Shown: positions 38,267-51,569 of the stretch, piece by piece
Position numbering within the stretch: position 1 is the stretch's first letter
Layout: each line of letters starts with the position of its first letter
Source of the DNA: Phoronis australis
Lineage: Eukaryota > Animalia > Phoronida
DNA: 64,000 nucleotides
Direction: 5' to 3'
NCBI GenBank assembly: GCA_002633005.1
Contig: NMRA01000909.1
Span: 12,177 to 76,176, forward strand
Program-made: the position numbers and the translations under genes
The notes under the pieces: generated by a model
What the model saw: the letters and a program-made list of their open reading frames with translations, nothing else
Database searches by the model: none
Told to the model about the DNA's origin: nothing

Positions 38267-39519
38267 TTAATTTCATTTATAGGTTGTATTTATTTGTCTG
38301 TAGCATAGGCGGGGGCCCGCCCCCTCCCAACTTGGCTGCTGCCAGCAAAATGAAACAGAAACAGGGTGAATCGCGAAGAAAAAGAGAGTTCACTAACTAG
38401 GACCGGTAGCGGATGGGGGGGTGCTCAGATCCCAGATTGCGGTGTAATCTGCTGACAAATAAATTATCATTGTCAAAATGTGGAAACGAAGAATAATAAA
38501 TTTTCCATTTACTTGATTTTCTTATAGATCCAACATTCAACTACTGACAATAAATCTGGATCTGTGTTCACTTTTCAAAACTCGTTGTATATGTATTTGT
38601 NCCCGGAAAAAGTCTAGCCCCAGCCTCTCCGTTAAAGCTAGGATATAGATGGACAACAACTATAAACTTGTTGCTGCTACTCGTACTACTAAATACCATG
38701 ATAACCAAGTTAGTAGTCAACGAAATTTGAATTCTGATTAAGTGCTTCACGTAATCATCCTGGATTAGGCTACCCGGCCATCTTCGCCCGAATGGTGAAC
38801 TGCTGCAATGCGTGGATGACAGCAGCGTGCAGACGAATGAGATAAATATAACTATATATATAGCTCATTGGTGCAGACGATTAGAGGAGGCTTTATGTTT
38901 AATTCATGGACATTGAACGCACGTGGTAGCTACACCAAAATGTAACCAAAAAAGTGTAGAAGTAAATGTCTATGACTGGCTAAGCTATATAGCAGCGAGA
39001 GAGCTCCCAAATGATCACAAAAAGTATAGTGCGGTTTGAATGCCTTAAAATCGACCAAAGACAAAACAGCAGGAAACAGATTTGTCGTCTGTTGTTTTGG
39101 TATACTTGATAGCATAGTACGATTAAGTGCAGACACTTTCAAATTTCAAATTGAAAGTGATCCTCAAATATTTTGTTCATCTAGTGTCCACTTTGATTGT
39201 GGATCGGTGGATTGACATGCATGCGTGTTCGCTGGTGTGCGCTTCCTTTCTCTTTAAATTCAGTAGGCCTACACGTCGACGGTAAGTTCACTACTGGCAG
39301 TCCTCCTTCATCGCTCAAAAAACATTTAACTACCATGTTTTCTTTCACTGAGAAATCCCGACAAGCATGTTTACATTATAAGGGGAAAGTAGCTCTAGAC
39401 CTAAGAAAATCTTTGGTCAATGATTAAAGTCTTCTCTTGTCAATCAGTGTCAATGCTGCACAGCCTCGCAGGCTTCATACGAGCAACAAACTTCATTGAG
39501 AATGTTTCCAAGGTTACGT

Positions 39520-39660
39520 GCCACTATTCAAAGGGTTCAGTATTCCGAAGGTTCACTACTCTGAAGGTTCACTACTCCGAAGGTTCGCTACCTTCGAAAG
39601 CTCCTTACTTACGAATGTTCGCAATTCCGAAACCAGAATTCCGACAGTTCATTACTCTGA
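39520..39660. repeat. 16-bp tandem repeat (CACTACTCCGAAGGTT), also at ~15343-15372
   Basis: Direct reading of about 5 decayed units; probable subterminal repeat of a MITE family. Confidence 0.7.
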
Positions 39661-40155
39661 TTGTTTGCTAATGAGTCGGGACTGACATGAATAAAGCTTT
39701 ATATTTGTGTCCATTTAGTAACCATTTAAAGGGTGTGCAAGAGTTGAATAGTAATTAAAACATTGATTACATTGTTTACAAATTACTGCCAATCGTGATT
39801 CTCCAATCTAAGTAACGACTCATTCTGAAGCAGGGACAACATCTAGGGCGCGGGTCAGGGCTGCGGCTACCAACGGTGGTTTTAAATTTTATAAGACTGA
39901 ATGAGACTCTCTGATTTTGTGAAGACTGGCATAGACAAGGTAGCCTACTAACTACATTTAGTTTCGGTAAGGCCATGCGCGTGGTTCCGGTGGGTAAGAT
40001 TGTGGCGCATCGGCCCTAAACCTTTCAGTCACGCTGTGAAATGATGAGACCTTGACATGGATTTGATAAATGTATCGTGGTTGATGATTCATCAATATTC
40101 CTACTTCATTGTCTTTTAGAAATGCTAGTACAAACTCATTTTTCCGTATTCTTAA

Positions 40156-41116
40156 AGTGTACACACCATGGATTTTTGCACATTTCGAATTACCGGTGGC
40201 CACAGACTAAATGTATGACGTAAAATTTAGCCAAATCCATGATTTTTTTGTGTCATTAGCTCGAAATTTTGATTTCTCTTTCAATTTTGCCAATTTTCAC
40301 ATTTCCCGCCATGTGACATCATGGGTTGAACACAACAGATTAGCGACTAGCATTGAACAACGGCGAAGAGTAGGGAATTTGAAAGCGACAACGATTATGA
40401 GCAAGAAATGAACAAATGCTATGAAGAAACGTACGAGCATGGTGGCCAAGATGACGAAATGGGGTTGCACGAAAGCGAGAACGAGTTTGATATGTTTTCA
40501 GCAGCGTACTTTTCTACTTTGAGGCCTTACGCACTGGATCCTCCCGCGAGAGAAGCGGCCTCGGGCTCGGCCAGTCAACCCAGTCATCCAACAGACGATC
40601 CTGAATAAAGAGCCGATGTTTCTGAATAGTAAATATTGTCCTTTATTGAACCAGGCCTTCATCGTAACATCTCCTCTGATTGGAGTCGAAACACGACTCC
40701 TCAAAGTGGGCAGAACACTGAGTGTCTCCGGACAGAATCGCTTGGTCCACGCTGAGGTCCCACACTCTCGTTCGGCGCACGAAGCGATGCCATTACTGCG
40801 CAACTTTGGCGTCCTTCGGAACACCGAGACGTTCTCCGTCTGACTGCTGTTGCTGCAGCCTCAGCAAACACATCTTTTCATCCCTCTACGAACCTTCTCG
40901 ACGCTAAATATACTTTACTTTCACTTCACTTTATACACTTAGTTGCTGATCCGAACAGTGTGCCGAACGACTTGGGTTCAACACATGACGTTGTACATAA
41001 TTATTGTTTTCAATTTTTACGTGTTTCTTTATGAGCTGTGCACTAAAGGCACTGAAATCAAGTAAGATATAATAATAAAATTTATTTTGAGGTACTAGAG
41101 TCATGTTGCGTACACT
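40156..41116. mobile_element. KolobokP-like internal-deletion derivative
   Basis: TTAA|AGTGTACACACCATG ... CATGTTGCGTACACT|TTAA; minus-strand THAP relic from ATG 40881 (MKRCVC*GCSN..KDAKVAQ*WHRFVRRTR..QCSAHFEESCF); convergent plus-strand acidic ORF with LRPYALDPP (40408-40608). Confidence 0.7.
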
Positions 41117-41249
41117 TTAAGGCATGTGGCAATTTTGCATACGCATGAAATCCAAATAAAGTGTTTTATTACCCGGGCGTTGTTTTCGTTATAGGTAAAA
41201 CACTGAGTGCATCTAATAACCGGAGTGTAGTTTATTTTTGCATGAAAAG

Positions 41250-44200
41250 TATAAAAATTACACGCGTAATCACGCTTGTAATCACGACCAAGATTTCGCT
41301 CGTATTTTACGACCGAAATTGTTCGCCTATAATTACGCTCTTGATGACGGCCGAGACTTCGCTCGTGTTTTAAGATCGAAATCGTTCGTCCATAATTATG
41401 CTCGTGATTACGACCAACATTTCGCTCGTGATTTACGAGCGCAATCGTTCACCCGTAATTACGAGCGAAATTACGACCGAGACTTTGCTCGTGTTTTACG
41501 ACCGAAGTCGCTATATCCAATAACAAATTGGTTTGAAAGTCACGTGAGCAGTCTAAAGAAGTTTTACGCTCGTATTTTTCGCTTGTAATTGTAGCAAGTA
41601 TAGTCAAATATTTAAGTACGAGTCCACGAGACTACCAGCCATTAATTTAATACGCAGTTGACATTGTTTTTTATACAAATGGTTTGTTACTCAAATGTCT
41701 TGAATAAAGAGTGAGTGATTTACCACCAACATTTAGAAATTCTACTACATAACCCCCTAAAAACGTTTTGAACCAATGTTTTTGCGATGTCATAAGTCAT
41801 CTGCACGCATTGTTAAGAGTAATAGAACGAAACTTTGCCTAAATAAATGAAAAAGCATTGTTATTTTAACAAATAATATAAAAGCATTGTCAGACAAAAC
41901 AACAGATTTGGTGGACCAAAGAACTGGCAGCACTTCGGGGTAAGGCACGTAAAGCTCACAGAGCGGCAATTCGGACTGACACTGACGAGTGCTGGGATGC
42001 ATATCATCTTGCCTATCGCATATTAAGTCTGCCACGCGCAAAGCAAAGCGCAATTCCTGGAGGAATTTCTGTCAGCAAACTAACAGCCTCTCTGCATCTG
42101 CAAGGCTGAAGCAATTGGTTAAGAAGAATCACTCCTCCAGACTCGAGGTCATTCAAAAAGAGGATGGCTCATACACACGCTCCGCCGAGGAAACACTCGA
42201 AGTCATGATGGGTAAGCACTATCCTGATAGTGTAAACCTGTCGAACCAATATTCAAAAGTGACGGACTCCGAGGAGTGTGAACCATTAGCTTATGCTGAT
42301 GTTGAAAACGTAGCCACACCACATCTCGTGGAGTTAGCTCTAAAGTCTTTTAAACCATGGAAGTCCCCAGGACTAGACATGATATATCCTATAATGTTGC
42401 AAGAAGCTGGGATACCACTATTCCATATACTCACAGCAACTTACAAAGCCAGTCTTAGACTAGGTTATATCCCTAAGACTTGGACTGAAGCTAGGGTAGT
42501 CTTCATTCCTAAACCAGGGAAGAACTCATACCTTTTGGCTGAATCATTTAGGCCTATAACCTTAACATCCTTTCTTCTCAAAGGACTGGAAAGGCTCGTT
42601 CTGTGGCATCTTGATAAACAAGGAATACAGAACAAACTTCAGAACAATCAGTATGCTTATAGGCCTGGCTTCTCTACGGAGACCGCTCTACATCATCTGG
42701 TTGCTAGACTGGAAAGGGCTGTTTTTAATAAACAATTTGCCCTCTGTGCCTTCATTGATCTTGTTGGTGCTTTCAGCAATATTAAGCATGATGCGATTCG
42801 AATTGCNNNNNNNNNNNNNNNNNNNNNNNNNNNNNNNNNNNNNNNNNNNNNNNNNNNNNNNNNNNNNNNNNNNNNNNNNNNNNNNNNNNNNNNNNNNNNN
42901 NNNNNNNNNNNNNNNNNNNNNNNNNNNNNNNNNNNNNNNNNNNNNNNNNNNNNNNNNNNNNNNNNNNNNNNNNNNNNNNNNNNNNNNNNNNNNNNNNNNN
43001 NNNNNNNNNNNNNNNNNNNNNNNNNNNNNNNNNNNNNNNNNNNNNNNNNNNNNNNNNNNNNNNNNNNNNNNNNNNNNNNNNNNNNNNNNNNNNNNNNNNN
43101 NNNNNNNNNNNNNNNNNNNNNNNNNNNNNNNNNNNNNNNNNNNNNNNNNNNNNNNNNNNNNNNNNNNNNNNNNNNNNNNNNNNNNNNNNNNNNNNNNNNN
43201 NNNNNNNNNNNNNNNNNNNNNNNNNNNNNNNNNNNNNNNNNNNNNNNNNNNNNNNNNNNNNNNNNNNNNNNNNNNNNNNNNNNNNNNNNNNNNNNNNNNN
43301 NNNNNNNNNNNNNNNNNNNNNNNNNNNNNNNNNNNNNNNNNNNNNNNNNNNNNNNNNNNNNNNNNNNNNNNNNNNNNNNNNNNNNNNNNNNNNNNNNNNN
43401 NNNNNNNNNNNNNNNNNNNNNNNNNNNNNNNNNNNNNNNNNNNNNNNNNNNNNNNNNNNNNNNNNNNNNNNNNNNNNNNNNNNNNNNNNNNNNNNNNNNN
43501 NNNNNNNNNNNNNNNNNNNNNNNNNNNNNNNNNNNNNNNNNNNNNNNNNNNNNNNNNNNNNNNNNNNNNNNNNNNNNNNNNNNNNNNNNNNNNNNNNNNN
43601 NNNNNNNNNNNNNNNNNNNNNNNNNNNNNNNNNNNNNAACGTGATCGAACCAAAAGGTTCAAAAAGCCTTCTGAGTCTAGATAGATTGGGTATAAGACAC
43701 GTCATTCAAATTTTGACGGGCCACTGCAACCTAGCCCGACACAGACACATTACTGGGCATATGAGGAGCCCTGTGTGTCCCGAGTGTGGTTCTGACGTAG
43801 AATCTCCTAAACACCTGGTAGAGTCTTGCCCAGCTTTTTATAGGCTAAGGAGCAACCTACTGGATGGCACTGTTACATGCCTACAACATATAGTGCATGG
43901 CAACAAATGGAAACGTCTGTTTGTTTTCCTAAAGGAGACTGGCAGACTTGAAAACTTTCTTCACGAGGAGCCATAATCGGGGTCTCGTGGCTTTGCTCAG
44001 GTGTTTTGTGCACTAGGCCCAACAATGAGGCCTGCGCACGTCTGATGCACCGCAAATGACATCAGACCACCTGCACTGTTTTTTTTTATTGTCAGACAAC
44101 CTGCTAAATATACATTTTGGCGATGTGCTAAAATCGAACCAATGGTTAGGACAGCAAGTAAAAACATTTCAATAAGTCTTTGATATTTTCAACCTTTTGC

Positions 44201-44410
44201 ACTTATGTACTTTGCACCTGAGATTTTACTTTCTGAATACTTCATAACATGTGGAAAATACGAGTGTAAATTAACGAAAGTAAAACTACAAGCGAAAAAT
44301 ATGATTGAAGAATAACGAGCGCACAACTGTTTCAGAGCTCACGTAACCAACAAACCAATTTCTCACTGGATAGAACGATTTCGGCCGTAATTACGCGCGA
44401 CACTTTCACC
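41250..44410. mobile_element. Foldback/MITE-like host element with ~42-bp subterminal repeats, interrupted by the LINE
   Basis: 41497-41595 is inverted-homologous to 44283-44398; TTACGACCGA..TTCGCTCGT repeats at 41270-41510. Confidence 0.55.
41898..44087 (+). mobile_element. 5'-truncated non-LTR retrotransposon (I group, LOA/R1-like) with RT and CCHC knuckle
   Basis: WWTKELAALR, KSPGLDMIYPIMLQ, VVFIPKPGK..FRPITLTSFLLKGLER, QYAYRPGFSTETAL, AFIDLVGAF; after the gap LTGHCNL..CPEC..ESPKHLVESC; 12-bp TSD ATTGTCAGACAA (41886-41897, 44088-44099). Confidence 0.92.
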
Positions 44411-46239
44411 CGTACGGCCCGCGATACTTTCTGGGCATTACATCCGAATTTGAGGTGCGTTCTTTGCGAGTAACCGTTACGGCATCCTCATTTCTGGTAT
44501 TACAAATTTCGTCTTATCTCAGGAACGTAGAACTGAGAGCCCCCTAATTAAGCTGCGTCATGGTCCTTATCGAGAACTTTACAGTGTCGACGTCTGCAAA
44601 ATATCAAAGGTCCACCGTTCTATAAATTGGAACCACCTCCCCCGAGCAATGCTTGCTACGGGCCTGCGAGCACATGTTATTGAACATCTTTATCGCTTAC
44701 ACAGAATCGGTGATAACCATTCGTGCTACGGTGCCCTGTCTGTAGGTCAACAGATTAGCCAAAGTTGGAGGACCCCATTTCATTGCTGTTACAGCATTTG
44801 AAGCTGCTTGCCAATAATCACCTTAAATGCAGCATATGTCCCTCTCAGGTCTATGTAACCTAATCTGCCTGATAGATCAGTCTATATTTCTTTTATTAAA
44901 TGGCTACTGATGCTTCTTTAACGCTAAGTTTGATGTACTGACATTGTCTGCTCACTTTGTTGTCAAGGTTTATGATTGTTATGGTATCTGATTGGTCACA
45001 TTGCAAGTAGCGTGACATCCTGGTGGCGTAAATCAAAAGTGTTATTCCACAGGGTGGAGGGTCAAAATTATCAAAGTGTGTTCCAGACAATCAGAGGACA
45101 GGTGATCTTACACTAAGCTAAAAAAAGAGTTGAAATAATTTTGAAATGGTTTTTGTTTGACTATCAACTGCTGTTCAAGGTTTGATTAGGTGTCATAAAA
45201 TGATTAATATTTTTCTAAATTTTAAGTCTCAATTGCTTACAAGTCATGTTTTGTAACTTATTGCTTCTTAATTCAGGTTATCAAGTCAACAATATAAATA
45301 TTCTTAATTTCAGAAACAAGCTATGTTGGATTGTGAAGCTTCAAGCCTCCAATTCTTGTTCCTTGCAACTTCATATTTTTTTAATCATGCTCGTCAAATT
45401 CTGGTGTAATGAAACACTATTCGGTCACCATGGTAATAGTTACGTGTATGTCCACTTTTAGATCGTGGAAACTTTTGCTGTTGAATAGTGTTTGTAATGC
45501 TAAATTTTGTAAAGTATTGTGCATTTTAAGTTACTTATTATGTTAAAAGGTTGAACCATTTTGGTTTAAAGAATAAAAAATGATAACATTTTTGTATTGG
45601 ACTTATCATACTTATGTGCTCGAACGAGCCCCCTATTTGGAGAAATGGGAAAAGGTCTGCCTGAGTCAGAGAAGCACGAACTCCAAAAAAAGTAGAACAC
45701 GAGACGATATTCCACTAGAAAACAGGAAGTACCAAAATTTAGTGTCTGCAATTCATAACTCTGAACATACTCAGTGATTCTTATAGTAAAAGATTGACAT
45801 TCCCAAAAATTCCAGCCCCCAATTTTTTAAGCTTGGTGCGCTCATACAAAGTCTGGTAAAATCTTTGTTGAAAGCCAACAACTTTGCACAGTTCACCAGA
45901 AGTACCCAAGTTCTAAATAAACCTCGTTTGAGCGCGCGCTGTGGCCAGTGACCAGGTAGGCCTAGGCAAGGGTTGCCTTGGCCCAAAGCCGTATGTGCCT
46001 ACTAACACGCTAGCTGTATTTTGATGATAGTCTTCATACTGGTAGCTGGCACTGAGACTAGCTAAGGGCTGCCGCGGCAGTGTGACACAGGATTAACCAG
46101 CCCGTAATTTTATGCAAGTGTCTGAAACTACCTTTGAATACATACGGCATTCATGATTTGAACATTTTACTTCGACAAAACAGCTTGCAACCGCATACCT
46201 TCACCTAATTTCTGTCAAAATTTATTCGCCACATTTCTT

Positions 46240-46500
46240 CAGCAAATTCGATACAATTGTCCGTATTTTGATTTTATTAAATAAAGGCTGGTAACAGGCA
46301 CTCGTCCATTCACACTGACGGCGTTTTCTTAGCCTGGGTTCCTGAATGAATTGTACTTCCGGGGTTCGCGGCAAGTTCAAAATGACGGTGGTTCTTCGAG
46401 TGCGAATCGTGAGTGGCGCGTTCATTTAAACTGTTTTCGAGTACGGATCGTGTATTAGTTATGGGGTAATTACTTCTTGGATCTTTATAACATCCTCTAT
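46240..46500 (-). pseudogene. THAP-domain relic
   Basis: PEVQFIQEPRLRKRRQCEWTSACYQPLFNKIKIRTIVS resembles the FI.FPKP..C..W..AC.R..F..I THAP subtype. Confidence 0.4.
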
Positions 46501-46899
46501 CCATGTAATATGGGTTAACAACGTGTGAGATCAGGACTTAAAAATACTGAAAACTTGTAACTTAATGAAACCAGTTCCGGTAATTTGCTGTGACATCTAC
46601 ACAACCTCGTGGAAGAAGAACAGTTGATTGAAGAATTGCGAATAAAGAAAATGGCCAATAGGTGACGCAATATTTCATGGCGCCGAAAGCCGTCGCTAAA
46701 GATCGATCCACAACTTTAGCAGCAGAATAACGGTAGAACGCCACTTTTTCCGACACCGTTAAATAATTTAGTCTACTCAAGGAAGACTGTGGCTTTTAAT
46801 GACACTAATTTTGTCAGATTTTATCTGGCCAGTTTTTTATCCACATCGGCGCAAAGCTGTATATCTCGTACAGCTTTGTACCAAGGCTATGGCATGTGT

Positions 46900-47660
46900 C
46901 GAACATAGAAGTGGTCTTTTGTGGTACCTCGAATTAGCTCATTTTTGGGAGTCCTGCTTGGGTTTCTGGCGGATCCTTTCCACAGTGCAGTTAGTATGTC
47001 GGGTCATCCGGTGATCAGTACGGTACGTTTTAACTAGTGTTGACTGGTACCTCAAATACATAATCTAGCTGAAATTTTTAGGAGCATGCCGTGGTTGAGA
47101 TTTTGGGGGGTTTCTAGTGAGCACAATCCACTCACCGAGTGTAATCTGTCTGTCATAGGCAATTTAGGGATCAGTGGCATGTAATGAATCAGATAGAATT
47201 GTTTATTGTGGTACCTCTAATGTATGGGCTAGCTCATTTTGGGGAGTCGTTAGCGAGTTTCTGGCGGAATCTTACCTAATTGTGTGTCATGAGTCATTCG
47301 GTATTCAATGCGGCACAATTGTTTTGACCGGCACCTCAAATACCTAATCTACCTCAAATTTTCATTGGCATGCCGTTAAGGTTTTTTTGGGGGTTTCAGG
47401 CGGGCACAACCCAGAGTGCATTTTCTGTCATTTGGAATTTAGTGACCCGTAACATGTATTGAATCACATGGAATTGTTTTTTATGGTACCTCGAATGCTT
47501 TTGAGCTACTTCATTTTTGGGGGTCATATATGGGTTTCTCAGGTGGATCTTTTCCAGAGTGCAGTTTGTCTGTCATAGGTCATTCGGTGTTCAGTTCGGC
47601 GCAATTGTTCGTATCAGTTGTGGCCGGTGTTTCGAATATCTAATCTAGCTCATTTTCTGG
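46900..47660. repeat. ~285-bp tandem repeat, ~2.7 units
   Basis: TGGTACCTC...CTCATTTTTGGG recurs at ~46921, 47208 and 47484. Confidence 0.8.
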
Positions 47661-48811
47661 CCCGCTTGTAAGGTCCCCAGGAGCCACACCTACAGTGCAG
47701 ACACAGATAGACCTCCAATCTCTATACGTACTGGGGTGCACATTAGCTTTTCCGTTGGTCAGATGTAATGGTACTTCGTTTGTCTATGCTAAGTGCCCTA
47801 GACTGCCGGAAAAGAAGTTAAAAAGACTTATCGGCTCATCGGCCGCCGCAATTATGGTTGTGTCATAGACTGTCACGACAACTAGGGGGTGTATATGCTC
47901 TGACGAAGTACGTCTCGTCTCTCAAGTGATCCACCATATTTGTTTTATTAGGAGCACACACGTCAGCAAGACGTTTCTGCAGTTCATGAAACAACAATGT
48001 TCGCCAGTGGCCGTCCAATTTGATTTCGCTAGATTTGCCTTCATCTCTATGGCCTCTGCTGCCGGCCATGAGTGTGCCAATCAGATCTCTCGGACTTGCA
48101 CTCAACGTGCGCACGCACACACACAAACTTGCATTTCCAGACCAAACATTCACAGAGACACGCACCATCTTCTACCCAAGTTTATAAACTTCGCAAGAAT
48201 ATGGTCATTTGACAGTCCGAAATAAAGACATTTTCTATCAAAAAGACTTCCTAAGCAGTTCAATTGAAATAGCAAGCTGAAATTGTACTTTACCAGCTGA
48301 AAGAAAACAATCAAGTGAATTTAGAGCCGTTTTGTTGTTTCTTTTCATGGCGGGTTCGTTTTTGTCGACAAGGCAGTATGGTAATTAAGGTGGGGATCCC
48401 ACACTGGATTTATGGTAATCAAGAACGACAAGACGTTGCTTTTGGTTGAAAGTCGTTGTTTTTGACGCCACGTGAACAACTTGATTTGTCCGTGCCGGTA
48501 ACGGGGTTGTCTTTTTTCTGTCAAACCAAACAAAGTTATCTGGCTGAGACGATTATTTGACTCATGCTGATACAACTGAGAAATTCGGCATCTGTTGTGT
48601 TGAGCGAGTTGCATTTAATCAGCACACCGTAAAGAGCGAAATATTAGAGGGAGCTAACATGCATATGTCAAGGCATTTTATTTTTTGTTGGCATGTCCAA
48701 TACTGCGGTTGTGATTTTCTAGTGACAAAAATGTTTTAACAAACAAGGGAAAACAGTGACATAAAAATAAATAAAAATTTGGAATTGTTCCTTACGCCTA
48801 AACTAATGTCA

Positions 48812-49185
48812 CCAGGGGCAGATCCAGGATTTTGAGTTCGGGGGGGGGGGNNNNNNNNNNNNNNNNNNNNNNNNNNNNNNNNNNNNNNNNNNNNNNNNNN
48901 NNNNNNNNNNNNNNNNNNNNNNNNNNNNNNNNNNNNNNNNNNNNNNNNNNNNNNNNNNNNNNNNNNNNNNNNNNNNNNNNNNNNNNNNNNNNNNNNNNNN
49001 NNNNNNNNNNNNNNNNNNNNNNNNNNNNNNNNNNNNNNNNNNNNNNNNNNNNNNNNNNNNNNNNNNNNNNNNNNNNNNNNNNNNNNNNNNNNNNNNNNNN
49101 NNNNNNNNNNNNNNNNNNNNNNNNNNNNNNNNNNNNNNNNNNNNNNNNNNNNNNNNNNCCCCCCCCCCCCCTAAATACGCCACTG
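48812..49185. mobile_element. Small CAG-ended MITE spanning an assembly gap
   Basis: CAGGGGCAGATCCAGG ... CCTAAATACGCCACTG with G/C runs flanking the gap. Confidence 0.5.
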
Positions 49186-50339
49186 GTCACGATCCCATCA
49201 TGAGGCAATGGGTAGTTCCCACTTGTATATAAGGACAGAGCTGACGTCACTTCCACTGTGTCAGAATAAATATTGATTAAGTAATTAGTAAGAATAGATC
49301 CATTTTAAGCTGCCCAAAATTTGTGCATATGTACTTTTAAATCATGGGGTCAGACTTGCTGACATGTATTTTAACGTCAGAATCTATTTTTAGATGGTGT
49401 TTACAACTTTGGGTTCTGGGGTCAAAGTACCATAGAGATTCTAGAATATTCTGAGAACAAATTGTAACAGCCAATAATACGAGAGAATATGATCATGTGT
49501 TTTTTATTAGACAATTACTAAATAAGTAGAATGTTATATTAAGGGCTGAAATCAACAAGATAATTAGATGCGCTATAGTAGTTGAAGCATAAAGACTCGC
49601 TACAGTGTACAGAAGCAATTGTACGGCAGAGCCATCTCGTGGAAGATTCTAGAAAGGATCTTGGCAAGGGCAAGGGTTAAAGAACAGGAAGTTAACTAAG
49701 AGCTTGTCACTTGCATTGTGGGTAGTAAGATACTTCCTGAAGTGTTACGTCATCAGCCAGAGACTGTGACCAGCAAGAAGATTCGCGGGTAGAAGAAATT
49801 GCCTGCAAGTGTTGCATTACCAGGGACGGTTACCAGCAAGTACACTGTCGCTATACAGTGTGTGTAGTTCGAAGATTCACCAACAGGACAGACATCCAAC
49901 AAGTGGAGAGTCCTAACGTGGATAGCAGACAAGACATTTGATTGTTTTGGTTGTTTGATTAAAGTAATCTTTAAAGAGGGCGCTAGCATGCTCTTTGTAG
50001 TTGATTTCATTTGTTTAATTAGGGGTTATCATATAATAAATTAATTACTGGATTTGAATATTCACTCTCCATCTACGCACAGTGTCAAATCATAGCTACC
50101 TTTTAAACAAACCCACAGTCAAACATCTGACACACTGGGCTGAGGAAAAATCATTAAAGTCATATGATCCGTTTTTAGACGTTTTAAAAACATCTTGAAT
50201 CTGCATAAAACCATTGAAACATACTCTCTGACACTTAATGGGGCTATTCGAAGAATTCTCCTTGCAGTGTCGCTGCTGTACTTGTTATCAAAATACGTCG
50301 TCGCGCTAAGCCTTATTACTGCTAATTTCCCTGGTGCAG

Positions 50340-50505
50340 GTCTTCGAGAGGTGGCCACAAATTCCCAAAAGACCTAAGGTTACTATATTAGTGGACAATT
50401 ACGGTCAAAAGGGTCAACTAACTGACAAAAAGTGTGTGGATGCTGAAGCCCCGTGTGTGCTCTATGACTACGCAGTTCCATTCGGAGACTACACAACATT
50501 ACTTG
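50340..50505 (+). CDS. Putative internal exon of an unidentified plus-strand gene
   Basis: Acceptor TTTCCCTGGTGCAG|, donor G|GTAAGT; open VFERWPQIPKRPKVTILVDNYGQKGQLTDKKCVDAEAPCVLYDYAVPFGDYTTLL; phase fits 45053-45101 upstream and 51153-51238 downstream. Confidence 0.5.
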
Positions 50506-51152
50506 GTAAGTTTTTAGCAATGTTTCTATGAACATCGGTCGGTGATGTTATCCACATCAGTTACCCCACTGAATAACAGGTTTCTTGAGTGGAACTATGT
50601 CTTTCTTTTAGGAAACTCACCCGATGCCGGGTAGGCTAGCAGCACATATTCATATTGTCCTGGGTGGGAGTGCTCCCAAAATAATGTGTAAGGTACGTGT
50701 TGCACAGAAGTCAAGAGTGACTTTTTCACAGCAGTTTCTCTTCAAAACTATGCTGTTTCCAATAGAATTTTCTAGAAGAGTGAGTTTCCTTATTTTATCG
50801 CGGACCCACCCCCAGGACTACCAGATCAGTTATCGAATTAATATGAATAATCCTTAATTCAGTAAATGTCATAACATTGCATTGGACAAAAAATTGACAC
50901 CTAGAATGAATTTTACTTGTTAAGATCAGAAGCACATTTTAAGTGTCATGAAAAATATACATTGTAAAATCACTTTTAGCCTGTTTCACATATTTTAATT
51001 CAGATATTAAATAGGACTTGGGTACAAAGGTTATTAGTTTCTACACATAAACATGAAGATGAAACGTCGAGTATGTTCTGCCTTACAAAAGTACTTTTGT
51101 CTTGTCTTTTCTTTTACAATTTGCTAATATTTCTTCGACTATTCTGTTACAG

Positions 51153-51238
51153 GTGAGAGAAAACAAGTGAAACCAACCGCCCAACCATCTATTTTACCTT
51201 TGAACAAAGTGAAAAGCAATCTTTCAACAATAATGTGA
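51153..51238 (+). CDS. Putative terminal exon of the same unidentified gene
   Basis: Acceptor TTCTGTTACAG|, phase 1; GERKQVKPTAQPSILPLNKVKSNLSTIM*. Confidence 0.35.
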
Positions 51239-51569
51239 GAGAATTGAACGTAATTCAGAAATTCAGCCCTTGATATGCCTGATTATGAACTCCGTCGCAA
51301 TGTTGTTTCTTTCTGCTTTTTCAGATTGCCATTTGTTTTTAAATACACTGATAATTGTTTATTCTCGAATCTTGTGCATAGCAGATTCTTATCCAGCTAG
51401 CTACAATTGAAAACATACAATAAGACAATCGATGCAGTCACTGAATGTCATTTCCCCATAATGTGTACCAAATTGGAAAGTTTTTACCAATAGTATAAAG
51501 CCTTTCTTCTGAAAGGAAAATTTAATGTCACTCAGCTTTTGGCTTTCATTTCACTGGGATCTAGTTTCA

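Noticed and set aside
39726-39745. Alternative left TIR for the Kolobok element ending at 41116
   Set aside because: The TTAA-AGTGTACACACCATG at 40152-40170 matches the right end much better.
41238-41588. Repetitive NYARDYD-type protein ORF
   Set aside because: Translation of ~42-bp subterminal repeats of a TIR element.
49530-50040. Possible second solo LTR
   Set aside because: LTR-like composition but no matching TG...CA termini with a TSD could be fixed.
51050-51075. ATGAAGATGAAACGTC hammerhead-like string
   Set aside because: No CUGA start and no helix II.
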